The notes: generated by a model from the letters alone, not told the origin. Shown: positions 12,366 through 26,519, counted from the stretch's first letter. The stretch: DNA of 40,071 nt from Phoronis australis (GCA_002633005.1 NMRA01000844.1:48049-88119); one strand, 5' to 3'. Numbers and translations: made by a program.

Positions 12366-13330
12366 GGGAGCAGTTCCTTGTTCGGAAGGTTCACTATTCG
12401 GAAGGCTCACTCTTCCTAAAGTTCACTACTCCGAAGGTTCATTAATACAAAGGTTCACTACCCCGAAGGTTCATTAATACAAAGGTTCACTACTCCGAAG
12501 GTTCATTAATACAAAGGTTCACTACTCCGAAGGTTCATTAATACAAAGGTTCACTACCCCGAAGGCTCACTACTTCGAAATTTTCGTACTCAGGTGTAAT
12601 TTTTATACTGTTACGTGCAAAAATAAACGATAGTTCACTGAGTGGTCGACCTATACCGAAAACGACGTACGGATTTCATGCGCATGCGACATTTGACTGC
12701 TTGTCTTAGGAACATGAAAAAATTAGTACATACTTCTTTTTAAAAAACAATTTGAAGTAGGGGTATTAATGAAGTATCAACCACGATACGTTCTTTAAAT
12801 TCGTGTCGTGATTGCATCCTATTCACAGCGCCACTGAAAACTTCAGGGCCCCTACATCTCAAACTCATCCACCGGAACAACGCGCCCAACCGAAAAGAAA
12901 CAAAATGTAGTTAGTAGACTATCCCATCTCTGCCAGTCTTCACGAAGTCGGAGAGTCCCATTAAGTATTCTTCAATTCAAAACCGCCGTTGGTCGCCGCA
13001 GCCATGAACCGTGTCCCAGATGTAGTCCCTGCTTCACTGCTTGAGAATGAAACGTTAGATTCAAGAATCAAGATTGGCACTGATTGTAAACGATTTAACC
13101 AATGATTTAAAAAATATTACATGCCCTTTAAATGGTTACTAAGTGGACACAAATACAATAGTTCATTCATGTCATTAGCAGACAATCCGAGAAATGAACT
13201 GTCGGAATTGTGGGCTAGAAATTGAGGACATACGAAAGAACTTTCGAATGCAACGAAACTTCGGAGTAGTGAACCTTCAAAGCAGTAGACCTTCGGAAAA
13301 AAGAACTTTCGAAATAATGACATGTAACCT
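12366..13330. mobile_element. Non-autonomous foldback-type element with 16-bp subterminal repeat arrays
   Basis: Twelve 16-bp monomers (GAAGGTTCACTACTCC-like) at 12385-12576. Degenerate inverted copies (GGAGTAGTGAACCTTC etc.) at ~13190-13320 end in ATAATGACATGTAACC. Confidence 0.65.
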
Positions 13331-16300
13331 TGAAAATCTTTCCGATGAAGTTTGTTTCTCCTATGATCGAAGTCTACGAGGCTGTGCTCCACTGACGCAG
13401 AATGAAAAGAGAATACTTTTTTCATTGACCAAAGTTTTTATTAGGTCTAGACCTGCTTCCCTAACAATTCAAAAAGAACTGAATTTAAGCACAACGGTAA
13501 AGCACACATGAGTGCACAATCGTGCATGTCAATCCGCCAATCCACAACCAGTGTTCAAACACTGGATGAACAACATATTTGACGATCACTTTCAATTTAA
13601 AATTTGTAAATGCCTGCACTTTACCGTACTGTGCCAGCACTGAGTACACCAACGTACATGTAGCAAACAACAAACCCATTTTCTGCTGTTTTGTTTTTTG
13701 GTCGATTTTAAGGCATTCAGACCGCTGCTATATAGCTTTAGCTACGCATGGACATTTACTTCTAGACTCCCTTGTCACCCTGTGGTGGGGCCACCACGCA
13801 CGTTCCATGCCGATGAATAAAATAAGCCTCCTCTAATAACCTGTGCGATACTATCATCCACGCAAACACGAGTCGTACGCCCCGATGATTAGACGACGAG
13901 CTTTGAATCAGAGTTAAGTTTAAAATTATTACTTAGTTATCGTTGTTGTTAATATAATTAGTTATTATTGTACATAGTAGTACCAGTTGCTGCAACATTT
14001 TTGGCCTTGTTGTCCCATGTCCTCTCTTTAGCGGTTAGGCTAGGGCTTGACCTTTTTTGCGGTAAGGCTTTCGATCGAATCCACCGAACCCCCCTGGCTA
14101 CCGGCCTGCTCTGTAATGAGTTGCACCAAATTCCCTGCTGTATGTATGGACATGTACTATGTTTGACAATTGGCCTAATTAAAATTCCATTCACTTCTTG
14201 CACTATTAATTGGTGTTGCAAACGTAGTTGCAAGAGCAGAATGCCTCATTTTAGCATCAATTTGAACAACGCAAACTTGCGTGAAATTGTGCATCTTCAA
14301 AAGATGCAGATCCATTGTAGTTTGGACACATCACCTGATTTTCAAGCACGATGGTATATTCACGCAAGTGGTGAGTAGGGTGCACCACAATGAGACGTAC
14401 ATGTAGTACATTATTTGGGATGTGTCTCAAGATGTTTTGACCCTATCAAAAGGAACTGGTCTGGTACTTGCACAGGTCTCGAATGTTGGTCCATTGCAAT
14501 AATCACCTGGGGCCATTCCACAGCGCATTTAAAAAGATTACTCAAATAATTTCATTCTTCGATTTCTAACATTATAAATCCTGCGGATGTCGGGCATTCC
14601 GCCAACTCAATTGAGTATTTTGCACTGCCATTAATTTTCTTTGATTAGCATTTGTACTTCTTGTCATCACTTTGGATGGGTAAGCAAAAGAAACGAGAGA
14701 TTTTGTTATCTTGTATTTTCTCGATTGTCCACACTATCCGATCAAACTGGCTCTTGGTTGCACGGCCCTTACTTAGTGGGCAGCAGAGAACCCTGGGAAA
14801 CGGTTCAGCTCTTGGGACAGAATGCTAAATTCACTCAAAAACTAACCTTAATCGTCCACATGACTATTATTCACGTCAGTCAACATGGCTAAAGCAAAAT
14901 TCGGGAAACATATGTAACAGATTTTCTATACTTCGGGTCGTCTCACAATCTCAGTGAAGCCAAGCAGCAGCACCCCGTCGCACTCGTGTTTTCTTGGAAT
15001 GCAATACCAGGTGGCTCAATGTTTTTACAAGAAAATCTTCCAAATGTGGACTCTCGTTAACAATCTTGGTTTTGCATCCACCGCAAGCATTGCTCTCGAG
15101 TGATATACACCACGTGCCTATTTTAAGTTTATTTAGTGGCTTTTTAACATGTTTATAAAGTAGTGCATGTACAGCATATTGCTGTGCAAATCACGGATAG
15201 TGCATCGCTTTCCGTCGAGCGGTTATTAGGTGTTGTAGTCACATGATTGTTCAGTAGGAAGACATGAAGTCTGTAGAGTACGATCTGCTGAAATATTTAC
15301 ACAACTGATTCACCAAAGACGCTACTTCATTGATTCTGCAAAACGTTGTGCACTTTGCACAAATGCGCTTGAATGTACCTTACATTTTCAGTGCGATTTA
15401 AGTTCCCCCATAAACCAAGGTTAAAGTTTTTTAAATTAATGGACTTGCAACGACATATACATTAATGCTTTTGCATGTCATAACTAACCTAGGATAAAGT
15501 GATTCATGCTAGAAACGTCAAGTAGCTTTTTAGACCTGGTATACTTCACAGCAGTTGTCGAAAATTTGCTAAAAGTGGCGGCATCATCGATCAGATATAT
15601 CCCCAAAGCGCAAATACAAAAATTTGCAGGTTATCACTTGCTTAAACAATGAAAAAACATCAACTTCTTCGTATGTAGCCCTGTTAGTTTCCTTTTCCAA
15701 TACATACCTAGCAAACACATACTCTGATCTATATACAGCCATTGTTGCTCGTACATGTAAGTACCGCAATGATGAGATCCTCTACACCCAGACCTACACT
15801 GTATAATTGTACATTAAGTGTGTTTTCATCACTTATCAGTATTCGATTTGTCAATCTTTGCCACCTTGGCGACCTTAGAATAATCCAAAGTCGCCACGAG
15901 GTCGCCACTATGAATATCAAAGTCAGATAATTAATTCTTCGAAATGTGTTTTAAATTTGTGTTCACTTCCCAACTTTAGTTTTCCGCGTTTTCCTTTAGT
16001 TCACAATTGTTCCTTTTATCTCGTGAAATAACTGCGTCTGCCCCCATCAAACACGCGGTTAGCTCACAACAGGGAATAAACAGCCGGCAATCGCAAAAAA
16101 TCGAGTAAGATCAGTGAAACACCAGCATCCAATGTATGCTTTCTTCTGCGTTCTATGATTGTCGGTAGGAGGAATTGCGTTAAACGATGAATGTACATAA
16201 AAATTGTGATAAACTAGTGCGGCAAGACCTTTTTTACTTTTAGTTGACGTCAATGTTGATTACCTGAAATTTCGTTTGGCAACCTGGAATTTTCGCCAAT

Positions 16301-16722
16301 CACCAAATGCAGTGGGCGACAAGCTAGGTGTCAGGCGCTGCGATAAAAATGACACAAATCGTTACGGAATTCAGACAACTACAGTCACTATTCATCCATT
16401 TTGCAAAGCTGATGGCTAATGTCGTGTTTAATTACCTGAATCTTGACGAGCCTTCAATCTGCATAAAATTGCAAATCTTTATACACTTTGCCAGGAGATC
16501 AGCTAAGAAATATCGGTTGGGGAGGGCTTTTAAATTACATGTACGCTAACATCCTTTGTCTTCTGACACACCAGAAGTTACATGTATAACATGCAGGAAA
16601 CGGTCGTGCGTCTTAGGTGACCAATTGCAATGGTTGTCAAGTTAACTGCATTCTACAACAGATGATTCACGCATACCCTGAAGGTGAAAAATATTCTTAC
16701 ACGTTTTTGTTTTCCGTCACAG

Positions 16723-16986
16723 GAGCGTGTAAAAACCTCTACGACACAAAGGACTGTGAAAGGTTCGCAAATATAGGACACTGCCGAACCTACAGAGAGT
16801 GGATGATCGCCCATTGTCGCAGGAGTTGCAAAGTTTGTGACCGCACGCCAAGTTCGTGCACCAACCGATATGAAGACAAAGCAGCATGTTACGCATATGC
16901 TGCCACGGGGGAGTGTATGGCTAATGCAAAGTGGATGTATCAGAAGTGCAAGTTGGCTTGTGGCAAATGCGGAGATCTACCTGGAG
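16723..16986 (+). CDS. Internal exon: ShK domains 3 and 4
   Basis: Acceptor tttttgttttccgtcacag| and donor |gtatgg; 264 nt, phase 1-1. CKNLYDTKDCERFANIGHCRTYREWMIAHCRRSCKVC and CTNRYEDKAACYAYAATGECMANAKWMYQKCKLACGKC. Confidence 0.92.
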
Positions 16987-18870
16987 GTATGGTCTAAGGG
17001 CTTATCAATTTGCGAAATTCAGGAAAACCTTATATATTTCACCATCAGCAAACAAGAAACATTTCGAATTTGCCGGACTGAATTAATCAATACTGCTGGA
17101 GTGCATGTGATTAACCTCCGTATGTTGAATCAATATTTTTTTTCGCAAAACTTGTAAACACCATTTGTACCATATCGTTGGGGCTGAGATATCCTAGACA
17201 TTTTCTCTCCTCTTCACGGGTGAGTAACAACATGACATCCGGACCTAAAACATGACCGCCAGTATTCTAAATCGGACGTACTCAACGCGCCAACATAAGC
17301 GAATTGGCGGAGACTGAACATGAGCGTCGGGGACTGAAACTCGACCGCACCTCCACTGAGTCTGATGGCATGCAAACATTTGACCGGATCTCAACATTTA
17401 CATGTAAAATTAATATATATAACCAAAACTCAACCAGGCTGCAATTTTGTGAGCAAAGTATCTGTTATTTTATCCACTGCGCTAGTTTAAATACTCATGT
17501 TTACGTTTTAGTAAAGTCAAAGAACGAGTTCAGAATAACATTTCTCGGGTAAAGTATCGTCATACAATGTAGCTAGTCTTGATACAAAGTTGTATACTAA
17601 GCATTCAGTTTTGAGCCGATGCGTGTAGAAATAATCTAAATAAAATCCGACACAAAATTAGTGTCATTGAAAACAAGACCCTCACTTCATTGAGTATGAT
17701 TAATTTACTGGTTTGGAAAAAATTACGTTCTACCGTTCTGCTGCTAAACTTGTGATGCAATCTTTTGTCGCAATAAATTTAGGAAATGGGGCGTTCACCT
17801 GTTACGAGGGTACTGCTTTCAAAATGACGACATACTTTTCTTTATCAAAAACGGCTGAGGTTTGTTTTACTTAAACGGCTGTAAACGGGAAGAGTTAAGT
17901 ATCGGTGGACTCCCAAATTTTGCGTGCAGCCCCTTTCCTTATTAACCCTATATGTTGACACACGTTTCACGACAAGTTGTCGAACAGAACGGCCTGGGTT
18001 ATAATGGAGCTCAACACACGTACAGTGGTACATGGAAGTATTTTGATAATAGTCTTTATACAGCTAGCTGACTGGCTACTTCAAATTAAATCAGAACTCT
18101 GGAAAACTACTCGAATGCTTCAATGAGCACGTGGTTCTCAAGAGACAGTTAGCTCGTTGTTTTTTTCACTCGTTGTACAACCCAAACAATGTGTGGGGAG
18201 CGCTCCTTTGTGTCACTTCCAAATAGCTAAGACTTTTTTATCAAACGGTGTCTTTAATGACGTCTGCTCTGTATGTGTTCGTTGATGTTTACCGATTAGA
18301 AACCTATTTTGTGACTGAAAAACAAGGCGAGGATTAATTACGGTGTATCGCCATTTTGTCCTTGAACCAAATCTTGCTGGGCAGAAATGTATAGGAAGTA
18401 AACAGCAAAACCCAATGGGCACTGGCCGTGCGTCTGCGCTCCAGGTGTTAAAGGAGACATTTGTTGAATTTGGTAACTTGGTGCCAGGTAGTGCATATCT
18501 ATGGCTCGATTTTTCACCTTATACAGTCATGTTACATTGAAACAGTATATCCTTCGTTTGGTTCATTCTACTGAGGCGCTGCATTATGCCGTTGTTCTGT
18601 GAAAATAATTTATGACTGTTCTCCGCGACTGTGCGAAGCCTGGCAACAAGTTGTCTCAGACGTTAGAACTCATGCATTCCGAGGCTTGAGGTCTATGCTC
18701 AGACAAAGTCCACACAGGCATTCTGAGCTAGAGGTGACTGGTACAAAATTACTGCTTGAGAACATGTCCAATAAAGTGACCAGTCATCACTTGCTTAAAA
18801 CTGCTTAAGCTCAGACTCGACCGGTAAAGAAGTGCCTGCCCATTTTCGAGGCCTGTCCTCATACACATGC

Positions 18871-19400
18871 TAGAGCGGGATCGCACAGCTTTTTGGGCAT
18901 GAAAAGGTAACGAATTTTCGTTGGTGCCACAGTGCTCTATGGGTATCATGATGCTTGGAAATGGCCGTCTGGCAGTTCGCTCTGGTGGGTGTGTTCAGGG
19001 GAGCCAAGAGAATGACACTCTAAAATTGAGCTAGATCAACTTTTCTGGTAACCACTTCAAACTGCGTTAGATACTTACTACGTAATCCACTGTATCAAAG
19101 GTGGACACTTCCAGACAATTTCTGCGGTGGGGTGCCCTTGCCACACGATTATCAAAAAGGGCTAAAATTGAGCTAGATCAATCCAAGAGGTAACCGCGCG
19201 AAACCAGTTGCAAAATATTCACAGTAGCCTCAGGTATCACGAATAAGCACTGCCAGACAAAGCTAGTGGTGGGGTAGCCCCGCCAGACCCGCCCAAATAC
19301 CCGAGTTGAGGTAGATCAACACGCCAGGTAACCGTTTGATAACCAATGGCACTATGTTCAGCATCACTGTACATGGTGCAACAGCAAGATGGCGAGAGTA
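18871..19400 (+). repeat. Left TIR of the Academ element, with three ~140-bp subunits
   Basis: Core TTGAGSTAGATCAA-N7-GGTAACC recurs at ~19026, ~19168 and ~19306; the region is reverse-complementary to 26520-27283. Confidence 0.85.
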
Positions 19401-20580
19401 GAAAAAAAATTCATTATAAGCCCATTTACGCTGAATAAGCACCAAGTTGATGAACCAAGCACTTTTTACATAAGGTGAGAGATTTTTGTCTGCAAGTTTA
19501 TGTCAGAGCATGAAAAATCTAAAAAATTGCGCCTGATCGGTTAGAGCGACCTCACAAGTCTACGCAACAACAACGGAATACTCGACACGATATATTCTAG
19601 TTCACCAATAAAAACAGAACCAAAGAATCCGTCCAATTTTACCAGTCTAATCTATGTCCCCCTGTTTTCGGACGAATTTTACCCAAATCCACTTCTCATT
19701 TGATGTAACTCTTACAACGAGGAATAATCTTTTGCTGCCGCATACGTTATGTACGCTTACCAACTACCGTCATTTCCGTTGTACACGTGCTTAACCACGA
19801 GGAGCTATTTGACATGGGCGTTGAAAGCTGAAAACAACGGAGGTTTCGGTAGATTCTTGACAATTATCGGTGAGTAGTTTTCAAATATAACTGCTCATGA
19901 GTGTTGACTGCCAAGTAGTAGCTTGATTCCAAACAGGTGGATTACAATTAGAAGGCCCGTCTTGGTAAATCGACCTTCACATGTGCCCTGTGACATGCAC
20001 AGTGAAGATAAAAGGAATTGTTAATCAAAACATGCGTTACTTAAGGGGGGGGGAGCCATGCGCGGTAAGCACGACCAAAATGGCGCAGGTGTGCCATCTT
20101 TTGTGACAAACGTTTTTTCTCCTTCTAAAACTGTTGATGACCCCCTCGCGACAATCTAGAGGTTCCCCCGTCGCTGTAATTTATTCAGATACCTGCGTAC
20201 TTACATTAAATTCAAATACATAACAAAATGTTTGGCACGACATTGGTTTTTTGCTAACGATACCGACTGGATGTCTGTTGCATAGCTAATGCAAAATTTT
20301 CTGTTTATTGCCGGCATCCTGGTAATGGAATATTGGCCTGTAAATACAACCGAGGTCGGTGCGTAATAGTCACAAATGAATACTCCTATTTCTTTTAATT
20401 TGAATCACGAATCAACAAATGCTTGTTTTATATAATCTATAAATAATTTGCCAATACTAGACGTAGGGAAAGTGGTGAAAACGTCATTTTTGAGCAATGT
20501 TTTAACATTTCTGACATCACTACGCGTAATTCCAGCTTCTTATGAATATCCTTAGAACAATTAACCCCCCACGTTAAATA

Positions 20581-23500
20581 ATGGATTCAGACGATGCGAA
20601 TAAACAGGATAACGGACTGAAAGACTCGCCTCAAGCCTCAAGCAGTGCACTCACTGTAAATGATCAGCAGGTAATGAACATTTAGCTTTTACTATTTAAT
20701 GAAAGCTCTGTTCGTTTTGACCGTCGTTTTGCTGGTTCCGTATCCATGTTTTCCGGTCAATGAGTTACCTCGTCTCTATATACCGCAAATGATATTTTCT
20801 CAGCCCTATGTTTCATAGCGCTGATCCTCTCCTAACCCTATATTCTGCTCCAAATCCTACATGTACATGTACATGTATGTTTTCCCAGTCCAGATGTCCC
20901 TAAGTTCCCCTGCCCCCATGTTACCTCGCCCGCACCCATTTTGTGTAAATCGGAAATCAATTCCTTGTGTTGATTACTTAATTTATAGATCTTGCGACTG
21001 AAAAGCGCTAGGATTGTGGTCAATCATAAACATTATCAAGATGTAATTTTATCTACAGACAAACTGGGTTGGTCTGTCATTATCAATAAATTGCCTTACT
21101 TGCTTTTCTGTAAGCAAATGCTCCCTTTAAACACAGAAATTTAATTAACGTACACCGATACGTGGGGACAAGACCGGGTCATATAGGACCAGGGTAACGT
21201 CGGGATGGGGTAACGTGGGGACGGGGGAACATTGGGCAGCGGAATATTGGTTGGGGAACAGAGGTTCGGGGATTGTAGTGACAGAGGAACAGTGTGCAGA
21301 TCATGTTTCGTTCTTAAGGGTAAAATGATACTGACATAATTATAAAGAAAACAAAACAACTTAAACCAAATTTACGTTTTTCATTCCAGGTTCTTGAAAG
21401 CGAAGGTAATGTATGCTGCTTCACCTGCCAAACATCAACCGGCGAGGACAGTAAGCTGAAAAGTAACAACGAAAACACTTGATCAACACTGAAAAACGTC
21501 ACTACACTACGTAAAAAATATAATGTGACAAATGCTCCCTTCTTACGCAAATAATAGCGAAAACAAGTGAAACAGAATTATATCTCGCTATCCCCCCATC
21601 GTGCCACAGAAAATACACTGCTGTTAAATGGCCAAGAGATGGACCGTCAGTTGACGACACAACTCCTAGTAAAATGGCTTGTGTTGTTACAAGACGTTGC
21701 AGTCCCCTCCCAAAGTCCGATGATAAGGGCATGTTGAAAGTTTCTTGCATATTCTGTGGGAAAAGCCGAAAGAAGAAGAATGGGAAAGAGGAACCAAGGG
21801 TCAAGATATTAACATTGTCTGGTTGTCACTCCCTCCGCCAAGCGGCCAAATCATCTAGTAATGAGCACTTAAGAAGCCTGGTTTTCAGTGATGTTTACTT
21901 AATAGCAAAGGAAGCTGAATACCACCTGTCATTTCGAATACTCTTCACTAAAGAAACTTCTAGTCACGAAAGTGGAAATTTAAGGGATCTAGACCACCAA
22001 GCATTTACGCAAACACGCAATAACATTCAAATTGAGGTTCTTGAAAACGGGCGGTCAATATTTCTCTCTACTTTGCTAGAGTTGTTCAAAGAAGAGTTTG
22101 TAAGTAATGGTGGGACAGAAGCTGATGTCTCAGCATACACAACTCAGAATCTCCTTAAGAAGATCAAAAACCAATTTGGAGGCAGAATTCAAGTGGGATT
22201 GTCAAATCAACGGAAAGGCAACTTTATTTTCAGCTCTGCTGTAACAGAAGGAGATGCATTAGTTCAGCACCAAAGTGAAACTGAAGAAGACTACCAAAAT
22301 GACAAACTGAGATGGGCTGCTCTTCATCTTCGGTCTTAAATCTTGCAGCTGCATTAGTCAAAGACACTATTGCAACACCAGGGCAGAATTTGAAATCATG
22401 TTCACCAAAGACACCGCAGCAACTTGAAGAGTTCTAATGAACACTTTTCGGTGGCATTACAACATCAAATTCTCAAAGAGAATCCATTGACTGCAAAGTG
22501 AACGCAATGGCATCTGACGCCATTTACAACGTTACCCGTGGTAATGCGAGGCCGTGGAAGCACACGTCCCTGGGACTTGGTCTGTCTTCTCTTACAGGTT
22601 CAAAACTGTCTTTACAGATTCTTAACAGAGCAGGACATTCCATCGGCTACAAAGAAATCAAAAGGCCTTGAGACTGAGTTTGCGTATTCCATATAGAGTC
22701 GTATGAAATCGAAGTACCAGATGGTATTCGACTCTTTCCAAATCTAGCCACTGCCTCTGTATGGGATAATAATGACAGATTGATACGCCGTAAAATGTAA
22801 CAATTTCGTAAAATGTAACAACCGTTGCATTTTACGTCATTGCTACATTTTTTGTTGCTAAGCCTCACTTAAACTGTAACAAGTTGTTAAATTTTATGTA
22901 GCTGTACGTGCGAGAAATGTACCATTGTTACATTTTACGAAACCTAGGTCATATTGCAAAAAATGACAAAAATCACGAACACGTGGTATCTGACACGGCC
23001 GGGGGATACTGGAGTATTTTCAGATGAGGAGTGCAAATTAATACATGCTTTTATTTCCTTCCATCACAATGTGTTTAAGAAATTGTCATTCGTATCTAAG
23101 GTAGTAGACAGAACCCATAGGCATCAGCAACTTTGGTTTTGCTCCTTTTGTGTGGAGCAGGGCAATTACGGCATTAGCGATCACTCCAAGGCAATAAAAC
23201 AATGGCCGAAATAAACTATCGTGGACTAAAACTTGTCTTTTTTCTATCAAATAGGCTTCTGAAATTGAATTCTCTATGAGAAATTTTGTTATTGTCGTTC
23301 GTTCCCGAAAAAATACGATAAATATTAGCCAACTACGATGTCATTATTTTTCTTACCTAGGGAAGTGTGTCTACTGTAATGTCGGATACACAGTTGGTTT
23401 TTGGGCGCCAACAAAAGATTGCAAGAACGCCTTAACGACAAAAAACGTGTTACCTGATCCTGCAAAACTCCTTTCGTTTGGAGTTGAAACTGTACGCTGA

Positions 23501-25970
23501 ACATTTTTGACTATACCATGAAAATACTCATGTTAAAAAACATGGAAAGTGCATAGGGACACATCTATCAAGTCGACCTGGCACAGTCATTCACACTATC
23601 CGAGACAGAAGGCGTTAAGTGTGTCAAGGTTTTTTCTCCGTGTGACAAATACCATTCAAACTCATGAAATATGTCAGATGGGGAACAGTGTTTTACCAAA
23701 AAATGGAAATTGCAGACCCACAATTGCGCGATGTGTTGGAAAACGGAGCGTTCTCAATGCGACGTACGAGGAACAACTTCAGTAGATCGGCTGTTGACCT
23801 CTCTTTGGAACAGTCCGTCAACAGGAATGCAGCATCAATCATGACAGGGATAGTGGCTTTCCGCAACTCAGAGAATGCAATGCGTCGATGCTCCCTCTCT
23901 ATGACACAAAGGGCAATAGCTGAACTCAGGACATTTGCAAGATTTGAAATCGGGGAGAATGCAAAAATCAAAAAAGATAACCAACACATGGCATCACTCG
24001 GTGTCAAATTCGACAATTTCTGCAATCCGTTTGAGACCTATGCTCCACCGGGTCTGGTTGATATCCCAACTGGCCAAGCAGCATACCAAGCAACGGAAGA
24101 CTGCCTGATCAATGCGCTGAGCCGAGGCCATGATGCGAGGGAAAATTCCAACAGGAATGGGAAAATGACAGCAGTAGGTTTCTTCGAACATTTAAGCATA
24201 GAGCTGTCCAAAATTTCGCTGCTGAAAACGTGAAGAATAAAGCCAAGTCACCCACCTCCCAGAGAAACAAGACAGCCGCAGAGAGTATAATAAGAGATAC
24301 GCATAGTCGTAGTTGTAGCAGAGAGGGCAGACTTCGATCTTCGACAACTTCTCTCACATCCTGTCACACCTTATCCATTAGCACTTGCTCACTGCGGTGG
24401 AGAGCTCGTCAAAACGGAAAAGTCTGCTTTGCTGAAAAAATTGAATTGTTCCAGACAGAACCTATAACAGATGGAGATTTTCTACACGACTACGTAAAGG
24501 TTTTTGATGGCGGACTTCTACATTCAGTCATCTCACAGACGAGAATAGGTGCAACTTGCGAATGAGTTGCACGATCGATGTTATTAGTGGTCTGTTCGGG
24601 AGGGCAGAAGAAGCCCACTTGTGTCTAGACAAGTAAGTAGAAAACTCAATTAAGGAAAGTGAACGGAAACATTGCGGGGACTTTAATTCCATGCCATAAC
24701 AGGGCCTGATTAATCTATGCAACCTTGTTTTTTCCCACGGTGGTGACTGCTACCAGTACTTTCCCGACGATAACCAGCAAGTCATGTTGACAAAACCTGC
24801 CCATCTCCGAGGTGACCACGAGGAAGCAGATACGCTGATTGCGTTCCAAGTCGCAAACATCCTTATCGGTCGTGTTATGGTGAGGGCTTCAGATACAGAC
24901 GTTTTAGTAATTTTGATTGGTACACTTGGACATTAACGGCGAGAAATTAGATCCACGAGCAACGTTGTCATGGACTGTGGGATAGTAAATAACAGAAGAT
25001 TTATCAACATTTCCAACATAGCAAACGTTCTTAAAGAGCGAAAGTAATGACTTGCCAGAGCAATGCCTGGATACCATGCCTTCACTGGATGTGACTACAC
25101 ATCTGTCTTTTATAGGTATGTTATCGAAATCTTGATTATTGCAGTAGTAACAAGAATTGATGAAATTCGATTAGCTGTGATAACGTCTGCCCTGAACTCT
25201 AATCAACGTGTTATGGTTGCCTCTTTTAAATAAAAAAGGTTTCTACTTTGAATTAGTTTTACACGCAATTCCTTACTTTTCAGAAAAGAGAAAATCAAGC
25301 CCATGGACATTGCTGAAAGTGATGAAAGGTTCATCAATATGTTCACTAGTTTTGAAGATGTGCATGGCAGTATCGATATCGGTTTAGTCGCTGAATTCGT
25401 ACAGTGTATGTCACATGTACGCAAAAAGTGAGCTCAAAAATATTAACGAGGACCGGTTCGTCAAACTTATGGACATGACTGGCAAAGTTGCTGAGGTACA
25501 TGTATATGTTGATAACCTGTAAACAACATAAATATTCGATCTGATAACATTTAGCTACCATCAAAGTCAGCTAGGCTTAATGTTTTTCAATTTCCTTTCA
25601 GGAGAATCCACTTGCAAATGTAAAACGAATTGACTGTGCGTTGCTCCCGCCTTGACTCCGCGGCCTACAGATGAAGATTCGCCGAACTCAGCGGTATGGA
25701 CCCGTGCAGCGACAGCATATCCTAGGGATGGTCTGACAGTATCAACTGATTATGGTTGGCATGCAACTGAAACTCACACACTTCTGCCAAATTGGTTCGA
25801 GGGGTCCATTCTCCCTGACATATTGTTCAGTTCGAATGCAGAATTCAACAACAGTAAAATTGGGACTGAAGCAACCAGCATTAGAGATAGTTCTTCTGAA
25901 GACCTGTCAGATTCCGAAGATGGTCTACGGAGTGAAGATTCCGACTCTGATGAAGAGGATGAATTACAAC
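20581..25970 (+). pseudogene. Spliced Academ-type transposase / XPG-FEN1-like nuclease pseudogene
   Basis: Fragments in order: MDSDDANK..QQ|gtaatg (20581-20670), exon from 21390, CIFC...LIAKEAEYH, PWKHTSLGLGLSSLTGSK...LNRAGHSIGY, WDNND (22762-22776), YVRWG...RSAVDLSLEQSVNR, PYPLALAH, DHEEADT (24814), VRASDTDV, HAFTGCDYTSVFY, LLPP, DYGW...WFEG, then an acidic tail. Many stops and frameshifts. Candidate GT-AG introns at 20671-21389, 25116-25283 and 25496-25601. Confidence 0.8.
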
Positions 25971-26519
25971 ACTTTGGATTTGACAAAAACATGCATAGCG
26001 ATAAGTCTCCTTTTATATTTTTGTGTTTGGTACTCATGTAGGGTGTTCTCCAAAAAGGATGGAAAAATCTTTATGGCACCTCACGTTGGGTCCATATAGT
26101 CGTCTTAAAGCTGTAAGGTACCTGTAGATAAAACACTGTTCATGTTGCGAACTTGTTATTCACAATGCTCGGGAATAACGAGTCCTAATAGTTTTTCAGT
26201 TAAGTTAGTTTGATAAGCATTTTGTTTACCAGACATAGATATTCGAGAAATATAACTGTTCGATTTATGTCTTCATAGTGCAATTAAAACATGTTCAAAT
26301 TGATTATCAATGGACATGGTATACGGTGCTTAATCATCGCCCCAAGGATTCATATTCGGTGAGGGGGTATGCAATCATTTTGTACCTTCTTTGGAAATCT
26401 TGACTGGTTTGCAGTTTATGTTTCACCAATTTATTTGTATTATTACTAGAGTAGGCCTATGTGCATTTGAATAGGGAGAGTGGGGCATCTAATTAAATGT
26501 CAACCGGGAATGGACCAAA

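Noticed and set aside
12385-12576. CRISPR-like regular repeats
   Set aside because: There are no unique spacers and no cas genes, and the context is eukaryotic; it is a plain minisatellite.
14100-15450. Coding-like decayed sequence on the minus strand; similar impression at 1400-2130 and 39420-40071
   Set aside because: Probably TE remnants, but I could not identify diagnostic motifs; BLASTX is needed.
18599-18700. DCSPRLCEAW, resembling the start of a ShK domain; also a Cys-containing frame at 23361-23500
   Set aside because: Both lack the six-Cys pattern and phase-1 exon boundaries.
20041-20577. Possible TTAA-flanked insertion just upstream of the transposase ATG
   Set aside because: The terminal match is limited to G/C homopolymer runs, too weak to call.
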